Under the pieces are notes generated by a model. The model did not search any database. It was not told where the DNA came from and saw nothing but the letters and a program-made list of their open reading frames with translations. DNA of 64,000 nucleotides from Euglena gracilis (Eukaryota), in contig CP154954.1 in NCBI GenBank assembly GCA_039621445.1, positions 20,260,642 through 20,324,641 of the forward strand, written 5' to 3'. Made by a program: the position numbers and the translations under genes. Shown one piece after another: positions 14,204 to 26,951 of the stretch (position 1 is the stretch's first letter; each line of letters opens with the position of its first letter).

Positions 14204-14980
14204 ATTGGTTGTTGTGATTGATAGGGTTGACAGGATGGAGGGACATTGCTGCGGTCCAGGGGTTCCCCGCTGAGGAGGCTCTGGGCACTGAAGTGCAGGC
14301 GTGGTACAGCCAGCTGCCGGCAGGGTCTGCCGCCGCGGACAACGTGCCGGCTGGCGAAGCGGTTGGCGGCGCCGCAGCCAGTCCACCCGATGCCCAGCGA
14401 CCGGATGAGGCCCTGTGGGCTGAATCAATCTGCCAATCCCCGCCCTTTTCTGGAAGTCAGAGACTGGTTGCAACCAGGGTTCAGTATAAGGAGGGTTTAC
14501 AGGGTTCAGGAGGAGGGGGATGCCCCCCATCCCCCCCCCCCTGACCCTCCCTCCACCTGCCCTTATATCGAACCCTGGGTTGCAGACCAGGAGAGTGAGA
14601 ACTGTTAGAGATCGGTGCTGGATCTGAACTCCGGCGTTATTTTTCTCCAAGGTTGCTTTCTCCTTCTTTGTGCAATTTTTTTTAATTTTTTCAAATCAAT
14701 TTTAAAACGGCCATGGCCGTGGTTGGGGGCAGAGGTTTTTTTTAAGTTTTTTGCGGGCAGTGCTTCCGGGCACTGCCTCGCCCCGGCCCTGTTGGCCGGC
14801 AGCAACGCCGCCCCGGCTGCGCCAGCCCCCACCCAGAAGGTGCCTGCCCGTGTGCCCCGGAGCACGCCTCTCCAGCTCCCCCAGCCCATCCATTTGCATC
14901 ACGGCTGCTCAACACAGACTTGGCAACAGTTTCCTCCAGTCCGGTGCTGTTTTCCCCTCCCGGGCAGGCAGGGGACTCGC

Positions 14981-15246
14981 ATGCCTCGTTCAGGACCGCC
15001 CTGGCAGCCCGGCGTTCCACGCCCCCGTGACCCCGAAGACCTCTGGCTTGGTCCGCAGTTTCCAAAGCGACGGTCCCTGGACCGTACGAGTTGAGCCCCC
15101 GCTGCAGTATGATTTTTTGTTTTTTTTTGTTTCCTGCAGCTGTTCTTACAACGATCATTTTTTCCTGGGGAGGGGAAAGAGTGCCGAATGCCATGTCGGA
15201 TTCACATTTGAACGCACATGCAATTGCCCATTCCCTGATGCATGGA

Positions 15247-15337
<91 letters not shown>

Positions 15338-16674
15338 GCGCGCGCGCGCGCGCGCGCATTCGTGCCAGTGTGTCTCTCTTGGCATGGTTGAAAGTTCGAT
15401 TGTGCAGAAATACACACACATACATATAACATGCATGCACATATGTTTATACATTATATACATATATGTATGTGTATAATCGAACCTTCAACCATGCAAT
15501 TATATATATATTCAACTCTACATGTAATTCAATTATATATTTTATTGCAGGCGCATTTTTCACACCTCGGGTTGGGTTGGAATTTCCTTCAGCTGAATAA
15601 TGGGATGCCCCAGACCCCCACGTGACACCGCGCTTGAGAATGCACTGCGTGTGTTGCGCACTGTCCCGTTCGCTGTTGTCTTGGAGGTGCGGGACGCTCG
15701 CATCCCACGGTCAACACACAGGGAGCCCTGGCACCCCATTTTTAAATCAATTTTGAGCTTGACGAGGGCAGGACCACAAGAGCTGCGCTCCTGCAATGTG
15801 CGGGGGAGTGTATGCTTTGTTTTCGGCCCGAGGCCATGGGATCAGAAGAGCAAAACCCCCTCTCAATATAAAGCTCCCCCAATATATACACCCTCCATAT
15901 ATAAGTCCCCCCCCCCCGATATGCAAGCAGATGATGGTGCCATTCAGGAAAAATTGCAGAATTTGGGGTGTATTCCACATTTTTTTCCTCCAGAAATGCT
16001 CCCTTCTGGATAAAATTGCACATTTTTGGTGAAAATAGGAGGTGCACAACGAAAATTTGGCATAAAGTTGGTATTTGACTGCAGTTGAAGGCCGCCAATG
16101 TTTTTATCATCCACCCAGAAAGTTTGATTCCCCTCCCCCCCAATTATGTTGCCCTCCCCAGAGGGTATTGAAATCGGTTCACATGGGGCTTGTTAATTGC
16201 GACGATAAAGCAGGGAGCATCCGAACGGGGGGGGGGGGGGCATCCAATTGAATCACCCGGACCACGGCTGTACGGAATCCCCAAACCCCTGTGGATGGTG
16301 AGTGGCCTTTCCACTTTTCCGGGGGGTGCCAATTTTTAGCCCAGAATTTTCCGTCGGCGCCACCGGGCAGTGCAGTGCTGTGATGGGGGGTCGCCCCCCC
16401 CCCACCTCCCGGCTGGGGAGGTCGACCACCCTCCCGCCCGGCCATCCAGTGCCGCCCTGCCCCCCCCCATTTCTTTCAGTCGTGTGGCAGTGGGGGGGGG
16501 GGGGGCTGCTGGCCCCGGCCTGTCCCCCTGCGGCCGGCCCACCCGCTGATCGGCAAGGTGGCCCGCCAGGCGGCGGTCCACTTCGTGGTCTTCACCCATG
16601 CGGACCTCCTGCCCCCCGCGGAGCTGCAGCGCGTCACCCGCTGGGCACTGCAGGAGGCCCGTGAACCGGACCCA

Positions 16675-16726
<52 letters not shown>

Positions 16727-17098
16727 TATCACAGCAAGACCAGGAGGAGAGAGCTTCAAACACAGAAAAATCAGGATCATCCCCTCTGTCTTGCCAGGCA
16801 CAACAGAAAATTATCAAAATTGGTCGATAAATTCGACTTTGAATAACAACTCAGCAAGCATGACCAGATGAAACACAAAAAATTGGAATGTTGGCTGGAG
16901 GCTTGAATAACATCAGAAACATACCCTCTCTGTGTCTTTTTTTAGAAAAACCAGGCTGCTCAGGTGCAGATGCACAAATTCAAACACAAGCTGCGGGGGA
17001 AAATGTGCTGGACGCACTATGGCCACCCACCCACCCACCCACCCACCCACCCACCCACCCACGCGTACGCGTGCACACACACATCCACACACACACAT

Positions 17099-17140
<42 letters not shown>

Positions 17141-17148
17141 CACACCCA

Positions 17149-17215
<67 letters not shown>

Positions 17216-18089
17216 GCACACACCCACACACACACACTGAGCTGAGATTTGCAAATCTACTTTTCTTCCACTCGGGTTTTCTGTTATCAGCCTGTTGTTG
17301 CATTAATTATTCTTATTCTCTCGAATCACTGGGCAAGCCATCGCTTGCTTGTGCAATCCTAGGACCCACGTCCACCCGGGTATGAAGAGGATATCAAATG
17401 TAATGTACGGAATGCGAATAGAGCATGAGGAGTCATGTTCACCGTTGTAAGACAAAAGCGGCGGATGTACTGTGGTGGGGAAGGTCTGGGGAATGGAAAT
17501 GCAGGCCCGGGTACTGGGGAGCAGCGCTGCAGCAACCAAACCGCATAAATCCACCTGATACAACAGAAACAGAGTGCGCCGGATCAAAATTATGTCGCCA
17601 GACTCCCAAACAGCAGATCACACAAGAGTGAAACGGAGGACCAATCTGATATGATATAATAGATTTGGAAGATTGAAATAGACAAAAAAGGGGGAGATGG
17701 AACAATGCATGAGAATCAATGGCAACTGATAGAAAATTTTGTGTGGAAAGTCTAATAAATTTGACAATGTAACTTTGCGGGTGGAGTTACCTTAGGCCCT
17801 GGTGTTCGGCCCTGGGTGCATAAATGAGTGGGTGGGTAGGTGGGTGTGTGGGTGAGGGTGTGAGGGTGTGGGTGTGGGTGGCTGGGTGTGGGTGGCTGGG
17901 TGTGGGTGTGGGTGTGGGTGTGGGTGTGGGTGTGGGTGTGGGTGTGGGTGTGGGTGTGGGTGTGGGTGTGGGTGTGGGTGTGGGTGTGGGTGTGGGTGTG
18001 GGTGTGGGTGTGGGTGTGGGTGTGTGAGTGGGTGTGGGTGTGGGTGTGGGTGTGGGTGTGGGTGTGGGTGTGTGGGTGTGGGTGTGGGT

Positions 18090-18122
<33 letters not shown>

Positions 18123-21100
18123 TGGGTGTGTGGGTGCATGTGTGGGTGGGTGGGTGGGTGGGTGGGTGTCTCTGCACCAGCCCCAGAACATGCCACCAGT
18201 GGGTTGTCCTCCCCTCCGTCCCCCTTCAGCGGCAGCACGCCACCTCCGTGTGGTTCGTCAACACAAAGGACGCCCTCACCCTGCCTCAGCGGGAGACGCA
18301 GCGCGCCTTCGGCCGCCTGTACGAGGCGCTGGTGGAGGCGTGCCGGCCGGGCCCCCATCGCTGCGATGGAACCGAAGCCGTTCACGGCGGCAACCTTTGC
18401 CTGGCAGCCCACTGCTTTGTGGTGATCCCCCATGGGCTGACTGTTTGGTTTGGTGTTGGCTTTTCGGGCTGGCTGATTTTTTTTGGAGTGACTGATTTGG
18501 TTCCGGCCCCCCCCCCCCCCCCCCCCCCGAGAGGGTCGAAGGAGTGGCAGAAGGTGATACACCAGGTGTTGAAGGCGCCAGAGGTGTTTTTTGGGGGGGG
18601 AAATGGTCAAATCAATTAATTTTAGGATGGATTGGCTGCCCCCCCCCCAAGTAGGGAGGTCGGACGTGAGTGAGTGGTTTTCAAGTGAAGGGACTTTTCC
18701 TCTGGGTCGGTGAGTAGGTGAGGGCCCTGTGCCGATCGCCTTTTCAGTCATTTCGGGTTGGGACAGCGAGTTTTCCAGAAAACACGTTGGAAGAAATCAA
18801 GCCAATCATCGCCAATAGATGTATAAAAAAAAACTGATGTCTGAGCAGAGAGGGAAAGGAGGAACCATCAGAGAGGGGGGGGGTGCACGCGGCGAGGGGA
18901 GGGTAAGGGCCTTGGAGGAGTGACACCTGGTGCCCACTGTGTCGAGACAGGAGGAAGTGGTCCCGTGGTCCCAATTGAATTGCCAACCATCTCTCTTAAA
19001 AAAAAAATGACCAAAACTTGCACCAAATGCGCCATAAAAAAGGAGGATTTTTTTTGAGGGGCTAAAAAGGCCATTGTTTGGCCTCAATTTTTTTATCTGT
19101 CTTGGGGAGGGGTCATTAGGGGGGAGGCCTTTAAAAATTGTCATCTGCACAGGGGGGGAGGGGTGGTCCCCAAAGAAACACCAACTGTACTACCAACGCT
19201 CCCCTGGGCATACTGTGTCAACTCCCCTGAGAACCTGTGTCAAAAAAATAGAAAAAAATAAAAGAAAAAGAAAATTGAAGGAAAAAACATCGAACCAATA
19301 AAGAATTAAGAGAAATTATCAAAATGGTGACGACCTGCTTTCAGAAAGCAACTTTGTGGTGGGGCTCAGAGGTCCCGGAAAAAAACAGCCCATTTGGGGC
19401 ATTTTTTTGACCCACGGCCAGACAGGTGGGAGGGGGGGCTGCCCGGTCAGACATTCCAGGGCACTCCACCCCCTCCACCTCCCCCCCCCCCCGGGTTGGT
19501 CAAATTCAGCCGGATGGGGGCCCCGGAGCGGCGCACGGCGACCGGGATGGTGCTGGTGGCCGGCACGCCCAACGTCGGGAAGAGCAGCCTCGTGGCGATG
19601 CTGACGAAGGAGCTGACCGCCAAGCGGCGCAAGAAGGTCCGCCGGGCCCTCTCTCGGTTGGGGGGGGGGGCGGCCTCGACTGCCCCCCCCAGAGCTGTTT
19701 GGGAATCCCCGAAACCCTATGGGTGGCGGGTGGTGGGTGGTGAGGGAGTCAACCCCCCCCCACCAGGCCCCACCAGGCCGCATCGCCCTGCCCGCCCCAA
19801 CCGAACGGCCGCCAGGGGTGGGGTGGAGGCGGCAGAGCGGACGACTGCACTCAACCCCGTGCACGTTTGGCACTCAAACCGGGTGTTGTGGAGCCAAGTA
19901 TTCCGCCGACACGGGATATTTGGCTCCACAGAAACCCGAGTTTGGGGCTGTGGGCTAAGTGTCAATGGAATTTCACCGGAATTGAAAAGTGGTCATTCAC
20001 TGACGGAATATATGTTGACTTAAAAGAAGAATGAAGGAGCTGTGCAGCTTCCCACTGTATGTTCTTTTTTTGTTCTCTGGCTTTTCAAGCTTGTGCTTTG
20101 ACAATCACATTTTGCAATTTCTGTGTGTACGGTGAATTTTAGATTTTCGCCCATTTTGCATGTGTTAAATTTGGCATTTGTGAGACAGTTTTTTTGCTCG
20201 TTGTCAAAAATCGCCTTTTACTTTTGACCCTTCCGCAGGAAGGCTTTTTTTCGGTTCAATTTTTCAGCAAAATAATAATGGAGACCCCAAAATATGACCC
20301 TTGGGATTTTAGCAACTTACCACAAAAGGATATTTGGGTCTTATTTATTTAGGGGGACTGCGTGACACATGCTATTTTCCCATTTCCCAATCACGTTAGA
20401 ACACAGAAGATCCCGAACATTTCGGGGCATGCCCGCAGTCATTGGCCTTCCATGCCAGCCTCCGCCCCCGCCTTCAATCGGCCCGCCCCTGCGCAGGGGA
20501 AGCACCACGTGCCGCGGATCGTCAACGCAGCAGGCACCACCCAGGGCAACACGAAGCACTGCTTCATGGAGGACCCACTGCTGTACATGGTGGACACCCC
20601 CGGCCAGGACGGCGGGGGGGGAGGGGGGCGGGTTGGGGGCCAGGCAGGTATTAGGTGAGCGTTGGCTTTGTACAAGGGGCGGGGGGGGTCCAACCGCCCC
20701 CCCAGGGGGGGGGGGTGCGGACCATCCCTCTCTCCAGCAGGCCGGGGGGGGGGGGGGCTGGGGAACCCCATAGAACCAAAATATCTTTTTCTCAGCGTTT
20801 TGCACCCCAAAACTTGTGTTTTTTATCACCCAATCTCCCCCGCCCTGCAGCCGGCCTCATGCTGCCACAGGAGGTGTTCCACACCAATGCGGAGCTGTAC
20901 TTTATGTTGCGGATGATGAACAACTGCCCGGAGTTCCCCGGGCACGACCCTTATGTATGGCGCTGCCTGCGATGGCTCCTGAACTGGTCAGCTTGAGCAT
21001 CAGGGCCAAGGTTTTTTTCAGCCTTTTCGCCTTTGACTCTTTAGAGAGGACCCCAACCATACCGATGGTTCCTACCTGTTCCTCCGACCTGTTCCTGATT

Positions 21101-23733
21101 CCTGATTTTATTAATTTTTCACTCTCGAAAAAAGATGTCTATTTTGTTGCCTGGTGAATTTTTTTATGAAAAAAAACTCAACGATGTTTTACAAAGAGTT
21201 CAATCTCAATTGGACTCAAGAGTTTTCTTTGGCTACAGTATTTTAAACTCCATTTCCAGAAATGTTGGGCTAAAATGTGACATCTCAAAACAGCATGTTC
21301 TGAACAGATTAACCATTTGATCTCTGGAACCCTTAAAATGGAATTCGGCTTGGAAATTCATTTTGTGCATTTTTTTTTTGCTTTTCTGCGGCTTCGTGCC
21401 AAGGATTGGGATGGCAGAGTGGACCTGCAACGGCCCCCAAAACGGGCGCCTCGAACCCCCACTCCCAGATCAGTGGATACCACCAAACCGAAGGTTCTCA
21501 TGTCCAGCCGGGGTAACGTTTGCACCTGCGGAATGCGCCTTCTTTCAACGCTCCACCTGATCATTCCCCTTAACTTGTCCATCCAGCCAGCACGCACGTC
21601 ACACACGTCACACGCACGTCACACACGGCACACGCCGGCACACTCACGTCACAGGTGTTCTGCGAGTACCTCATCTGGAAGTGCCGGCGCCTCCGCTTCA
21701 CGTCTTGGCTGGCCGACCTCCGCCTGCCGGACACCGCCACGGACGTCAACCTCATCCTGGACCGCCTGGACCCGGACCCCGTCCCCGAGAGGCGGCCAGG
21801 GCTGCGGCTGGAACTGGGCAGCAAAGGGTTGGTTGCTGTGGTGGGGTGGTGGGAACCACAATGTGAGTTAAGAATCTGCACCACACAATGTGGGGCATCC
21901 GACACACAGCCTGACACCCATTATGACCACCGGGGTTGTAGGATCCTGTTTGGTACTCCCTGGGGCTTCTAAATGTTTGCAAAAAGATTTTTACTGTTTA
22001 AAGAAAAACGAGATAGTGTCGAAAATTTTGAGCTTTTTCAAAAAAAATTTGATGGTGTGTAAGCCATATGCACCTATTTTTCAGCACCAGATATGAAATT
22101 AGTGTGTTTGCCCTGCTGTTTTATTCCCACTGGATATTCTAAATTGAGTTTCAGTGATTGGGGAAACGAAGGGGGGACCTGAAGATTAGATGGGAAGATT
22201 TATTATGAAAAAGTTCTGCACAAAATATCTGCCAGATTTTTCCTGCCATGTTAAGGATACATCCAGGATTTCCCTGCTTTTTTTTGCAAAAAAAAAACAC
22301 GCTTTGTGCCAACTTTTGATATTTGGTATTCCACTCTTCTTATTCACAAGTCTCTTGATTTTTTATTTGTGAAAAGGCAAATTTTTTGTATTGCATTGTT
22401 TTGCTTGCTTTTTTTGCAAAATTTAGGTTTGTTTTCGAAATTCTGGAGGGAAAAAAACTTGTTATCACATGTTTCAAGGATTTCCATGAGGATTCAAACG
22501 ATATTTTCCTGAATGAAGATTCAGAAAATTGCAAAAAAATGTCAAGGTCATTTAACATTTGGTGGTTTCTCAGATGCATGATTAATTTTTTTTCTTTCTC
22601 TTGGTGTTTGCGCTGAAAAATAATACCAGACTCCTGACCCCGTTTCCAGTAGCCCAGTGCAATGCAAAAAAGAAACACATAGCAAACAGCAGAAAACAAT
22701 TAACATTTTTGCTCTTTAAACATGGGTAAGTTTTGTTGTGCTTTTTGGGGGTTATTTCATTTGTTGTTTTCCCTGTATTTTGGACCCATTTCGCATTTTG
22801 GAAGCTCTTTCCCCTCGAAGTTTGCGTTTGTTTCAATTCGACATTGTGCAGCTTTCGTTCATTCCGAGCAAATTTTCCCATGTTTTTTTTGGAGAATGTA
22901 TCAAAGATGGCATTGCATTTTGTTTGTTATTTGTTCGAATATTGTCATCAAAATATTGATATTTGAACCACGGGGATAGGTTTGGCCGTCCGGGGCACAC
23001 AATCACTTAGTCACTGCTGTCATAATTGTTATGTGGCCAGACTAGAGGGTTTCTGGTATCTCTGCTGTTGCCCTTTCAAAAGGGGGAAGAGTCTCTCAGC
23101 CCAGCCCTGGGACGGAGCAACCACCGCCCGCCGCTTCCATGAAATGCTGCTGGGGAAGGGCCTGGCCGGGCTCGTGTGCGACGACCTGCCTGCCCTTCCC
23201 TCCGAGGCCAGCTCCGCTCTGGCGCCGTACGAAGGGATACTCATGTGCAAAGTGCACTTCAAACAGACAGTTGTTTTGCCCTTCATGTGTGTGTGTGTGT
23301 GCCAGCAGGCAGGTGAGTCTGTGCTCACCCAACTCACCTTCCTGCACGCACATGCACACGCGCACGCACAGGCATGCACACGCACGCCTGCACAGGCATG
23401 CACACGTAGAGAAATTTTCAATCTTCTTTCTTTAAAATCAAATTGTCTTTCATCCATCGTCTTTCCATTAAAACAGCTGCGCTTCAATCAGGGCGGTTAG
23501 CCCCTCAGAATGATCACAAATGAGTCACGGGGAGGGGGGGTTGGTTGCTGGTCGGGGGCATTCCCCGCCCTTCCCCCTGCTTTACCGCCGGCCCCAGCCC
23601 CGCCGCCCCGCTGCCCGTCTTCCCCGACCGGCTCGTCCTCGCCACCGACTACGAGCCGGGCCACTTCCGCGCCATCCAGCCCGTGGACCTGCCGCAGCCC
23701 ACCGGGAAGGTGCCGAAGAAGCTGCAGCGCTGA
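14981..23733 (+). CDS. Circularly permuted GTPase, RbgA/YlqF/MTG1-like, paralog 2; multi-exon, 5' end uncertain
   Basis: Exons: ~14981-15072, 15614-15715, 16536-16647, 18224-18344, 19518-19636, 20497-20601, 20853-20954, 21655-21793, 23115-23226, 23598-23733. The spliced frame gives [69 protein letters not shown] and [11 protein letters not shown]...LQR*, colinear with paralog 1. GC-rich open segments at ~13430-13630, 14250-14430 and 14760-14880 may be upstream exons. Confidence 0.87.
15252..15357. repeat. (GT)n followed by (GC)n
   Basis: Direct inspection. Confidence 0.95.
17023..17237. repeat. (CCCA)n/(CA)n microsatellite
   Basis: Direct inspection. Confidence 0.95.
17825..18168. repeat. 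(GGGTGT)n / (GT)n / (GGGT)n tract
   Basis: Direct inspection. Confidence 0.95.
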
Positions 23734-24448
23734 CGGGACTGTGACAGTTCCGCGGGTGTTCGATGCAACCACGCGGTCTGTGTGTCGGTTTGCGTGGCGC
23801 ACGGGGTGGAAGGACCCCAGCCTGACTTCGCATCGACGGTGTTCGAGCTGCTGGGTTGCGGAACTCAGGGTTGCAAGAACCACAGGCACCATCCAACTGC
23901 TCCGCCTTTTCCTCGTGGAAGTGACCGGTTGTTGTTCATTCCCAACATGTTGGGGAAGCGGGAGTCAGAATTCCTGAACTGAGCCAAGGTGATCCTGATC
24001 AGGGAACTGATTGGCTGGTAAGCACAATGAAGAAGAAAGTGGATACCCCAACCCAACAGTCATCATGTAATGGCCTCTGTGATTTTTCCATTGTGCTGAC
24101 GTGAGGAGAAGCCCACATTTGTGTATTTTCATTCCCAAGTCATTTGATAAAGCTGGGTTTAGGAGAGAGCTTGGATCCAAGGTGTATGATGGGAAATGCT
24201 ATTGTTTACACACATCTGATGCTGTCCGTATGTTTGTTTGGGGAAACAGAAGAATGGTTTTTTGGCTCACGGGCAATCCACCCATCCATAATAAAAACCC
24301 TAATGTCACACTGTGCCCCATACATCATTGGGCAGCCGAGAAACCTGTTTCTTGCTGGAGCGCACCACCCCAACCCCATCAAACCCACCGACCCGATAAA
24401 AATCCCCACCCACCCATCTCCTTCCGCAGTTCCCGCTCTCCTTGCGTA

Positions 24449-26951
24449 ATGGTGTCCAGTGAGGCAATGTCTCCCCACGAGCTGGCGACCCTGTTGGACC
24501 TGGTCAAGGCGAAACGGTCCGCCCCAGCCAGCCAGGGAGGGGTTGGGGCGGTCTCGGGAGACCCCGGCCAGTGCGCGCGCACATGTGCGCGTGCACACGC
24601 GACACATTCTGGTTTAGAGTTGTGGCGCATGTGCCTGGGGGCTTCGGTCCGCATTTGCGTTGCATGCGTCGGCGTTGGTGTGTTGGCGTGGAGGTTGCGC
24701 TCGACTTGACTTGAAACGGGGGTGGATTGTTTCAAAGCAGACAGTCGTCCCACGTAGATGTTGGGAGGGGGGTCCGGACACCCCACTTCCCCTCCTCGGC
24801 TGGTTCCAAAAATAGCAAAAAGTTTTCTTCCGGTGCACAGCGCCGGAAAATGAGCAAACAACGCTCATTTTTGAGCATATTGCCCATTTTTTGAATGTTT
24901 TGGTGTTTTCTCCGTAGAATATGTGCAAAAAAATTCAAGAAATCAGCACTTTTGGAATCATTTTCAAAAAAAAAGCGATCAGGGATTTTTCGCCAATTTT
25001 GGCTTGGTTTCCGGGCCTTTGCCGGTCCATAAAACCAAAAATTTTCCCGGTCTTCTTCAGTTTCGAGAGGGGAGTCCGACCCCCCCCCCACTACCTCCTT
25101 GTTGAGAGGGGGGTCCGGACCCCCCCCCCCCAGTGCACATTTTGGCGACGACTGCTCGAACATCCCTCACTGCCCCCCTCCCCCCACCACGCCCAACCCT
25201 GGGGCCAGTCTGACGGCGGAGGCGACCCAGCACTGGCTGGACATGGCGGTGGAGGAGGTGAACACGCAGGCCCTCGCCGCGGAGGCCAGGCTGAATTTTG
25301 AGACGAGGCTGACCCTGAGGCGGGGGGGGGGGGGGCTGCCTGCGTGTAATGGAATTACACCAGAGTTGCTCACCTGGCCCAAAATCAGCAACACAAGAGC
25401 ACGGGTGTAAGGGGTCCCTGGCCACGCACCACACAAACTGGGCCAGAAGCGAAGTTAGTGCCGGCCATAAACAAACAAGAACCCTTAGTGCAACCAAGGG
25501 GGGGGGTGCCTGCGTGCCTGGGTATGCCAAGTCACCCAATCGACCCCCCTTGAGGGCAGGGGGGGGGGGGTTGGGCACATTCCAGCGCCAAAGGCACTGG
25601 AAGCCCAGAAATGGTCTGTTTCGGGCACCTTTTTCCGGCCCACGCCCAGGCAGACACAACCCCCTGGGGGGGGGGGGTGCCTGCCTGCCTGCCTGCCCAG
25701 GCCCTCCCCCCCCCCCGGTTGGCCAAATCCAGCCTGTCGGAGGCGGAGGTGGAGAGGCTGCGGAAGGAGCTCGCAGCGACAGCAACAAAATGGGGCCGAT
25801 GTGGCGGCCAACCTGAGTGTGAGGCGGCACCAACCCCACAGGGGGGGGGGGGGGCTGCCTCGGCGTGGGCCGGAAGTAGCCCAAAAAATGGATTTTTCCC
25901 GAGTTCAAGGCACTTGTGGCCATGTGCCCAACCCGAGGTGCTATTGAGTGCCTGCCCCCCCCCCCCAGTTTGGAGTTTGGGTGGGCTCCAGGGCACTCCG
26001 AGACCCCCCTCCAGGTGGCAGTGTTGGTCGGAGCCCCCCTCTTGTGTGGGAAGCATTCTGTTGACTGAAAGAGGTGTATATATTTGGTTTGAGCTTCCAT
26101 TTTCTGCAAGTGCATATTTTTGTTCTCAACCACGTTGGATTGGAAAGCAATGAAACAGATAAATTCTCGAGACGTGCTGTTCCATCAATGGGCTGAAACT
26201 GTGGGAGTGTGCAATGTAAATCAGCTTCCCGTTTGATCATTTTGTCATCTCAGACCCTTCACCGAAATGTGAGAGGAAATCACACAATACTAACACACAG
26301 TATTGAAAGGAAGTTGGTGTGAGCGTTCCTGGGTTGCTGTCTTTTCTTCGCATTTTTTTGTGTTTTTTTCTCAATTAGTTTTTGTCATTGCATAGACAAC
26401 GCCTTGGTCACAGACTCATCGCATCACATCATCACACCTCTGCCGGGGGGCTTTTATGGGACGAAGCCAGCTGCGCATCGCAGCAACGACAAAAGAGGGA
26501 GGGACCGGGAATGGATCGCCTACCTTGTTGCCCTGAACGAGGTCCAAGGCACTCCATACCTCTGATTGGCTGACCCTCGGCCAAGGCAGCGGCTTCCATC
26601 GTTTTTGCCTTTTTTTGTTTCGCTTGACAAAAGCGCCTTTCTCTTCAGCACATCCCCACTCGATAAGATAAATTGCAACGCAGTCTTGAAGCAAAACTGG
26701 CCGGATACCCATTTTCTTTCAATCCAATCAATGAAGATTCCGGATCAGCTTGCGATTGCTCTTGTAACAAACCAACGGTTTGCATTTGATGGGTGGGTTT
26801 ATGTCTGGCCAGGACAGCCGCCAGGCCGGAAACGAGGAGCTCCTTGCCAGATGACATGACACAGCATGTGGAGCGGCGGCGCACCGAAATTCTGGAGTTG
26901 GAGAAGGAGGTTGCGGAACTGGAAGCGAATATCAACCATCCTGTCGCTTGA
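24449..26951 (+). CDS. Hypothetical coiled-coil protein, multi-exon
   Basis: ATG at 24449 follows a pyrimidine tract+AG at ~24429. Exons 24449-24529, 25207-25283 and 25742-~25775 join in frame through CAG...CTG introns (MVSSEAMSPHELATLLDLVKAKRSAPA|SLTAEATQHWLDMAVEEVNTQALAAE|AEVERLRKEL). A probable exon lies at ~26478-26541. The last exon, ~26813-26951, reads ...HVERRRTEILELEKEVAELEANINHPVA*. The later junctions are unresolved. Confidence 0.6.
25287..25736. mobile_element. MITE forming non-canonical intron 25284-25741 of gene 3
   Basis: TIRs caggctgaattt / aaatccagcctg. 8-mers gcggaggc / tcggaggc (7/8). In-frame join. Confidence 0.8.

Noticed and set aside
17825-18168. (GGGTGT)n as a telomere or interstitial telomere
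   Set aside because: It lies within an intron, grades into (GT)n and (GGGT)n, and is not TTAGGG; a simple repeat is more parsimonious.
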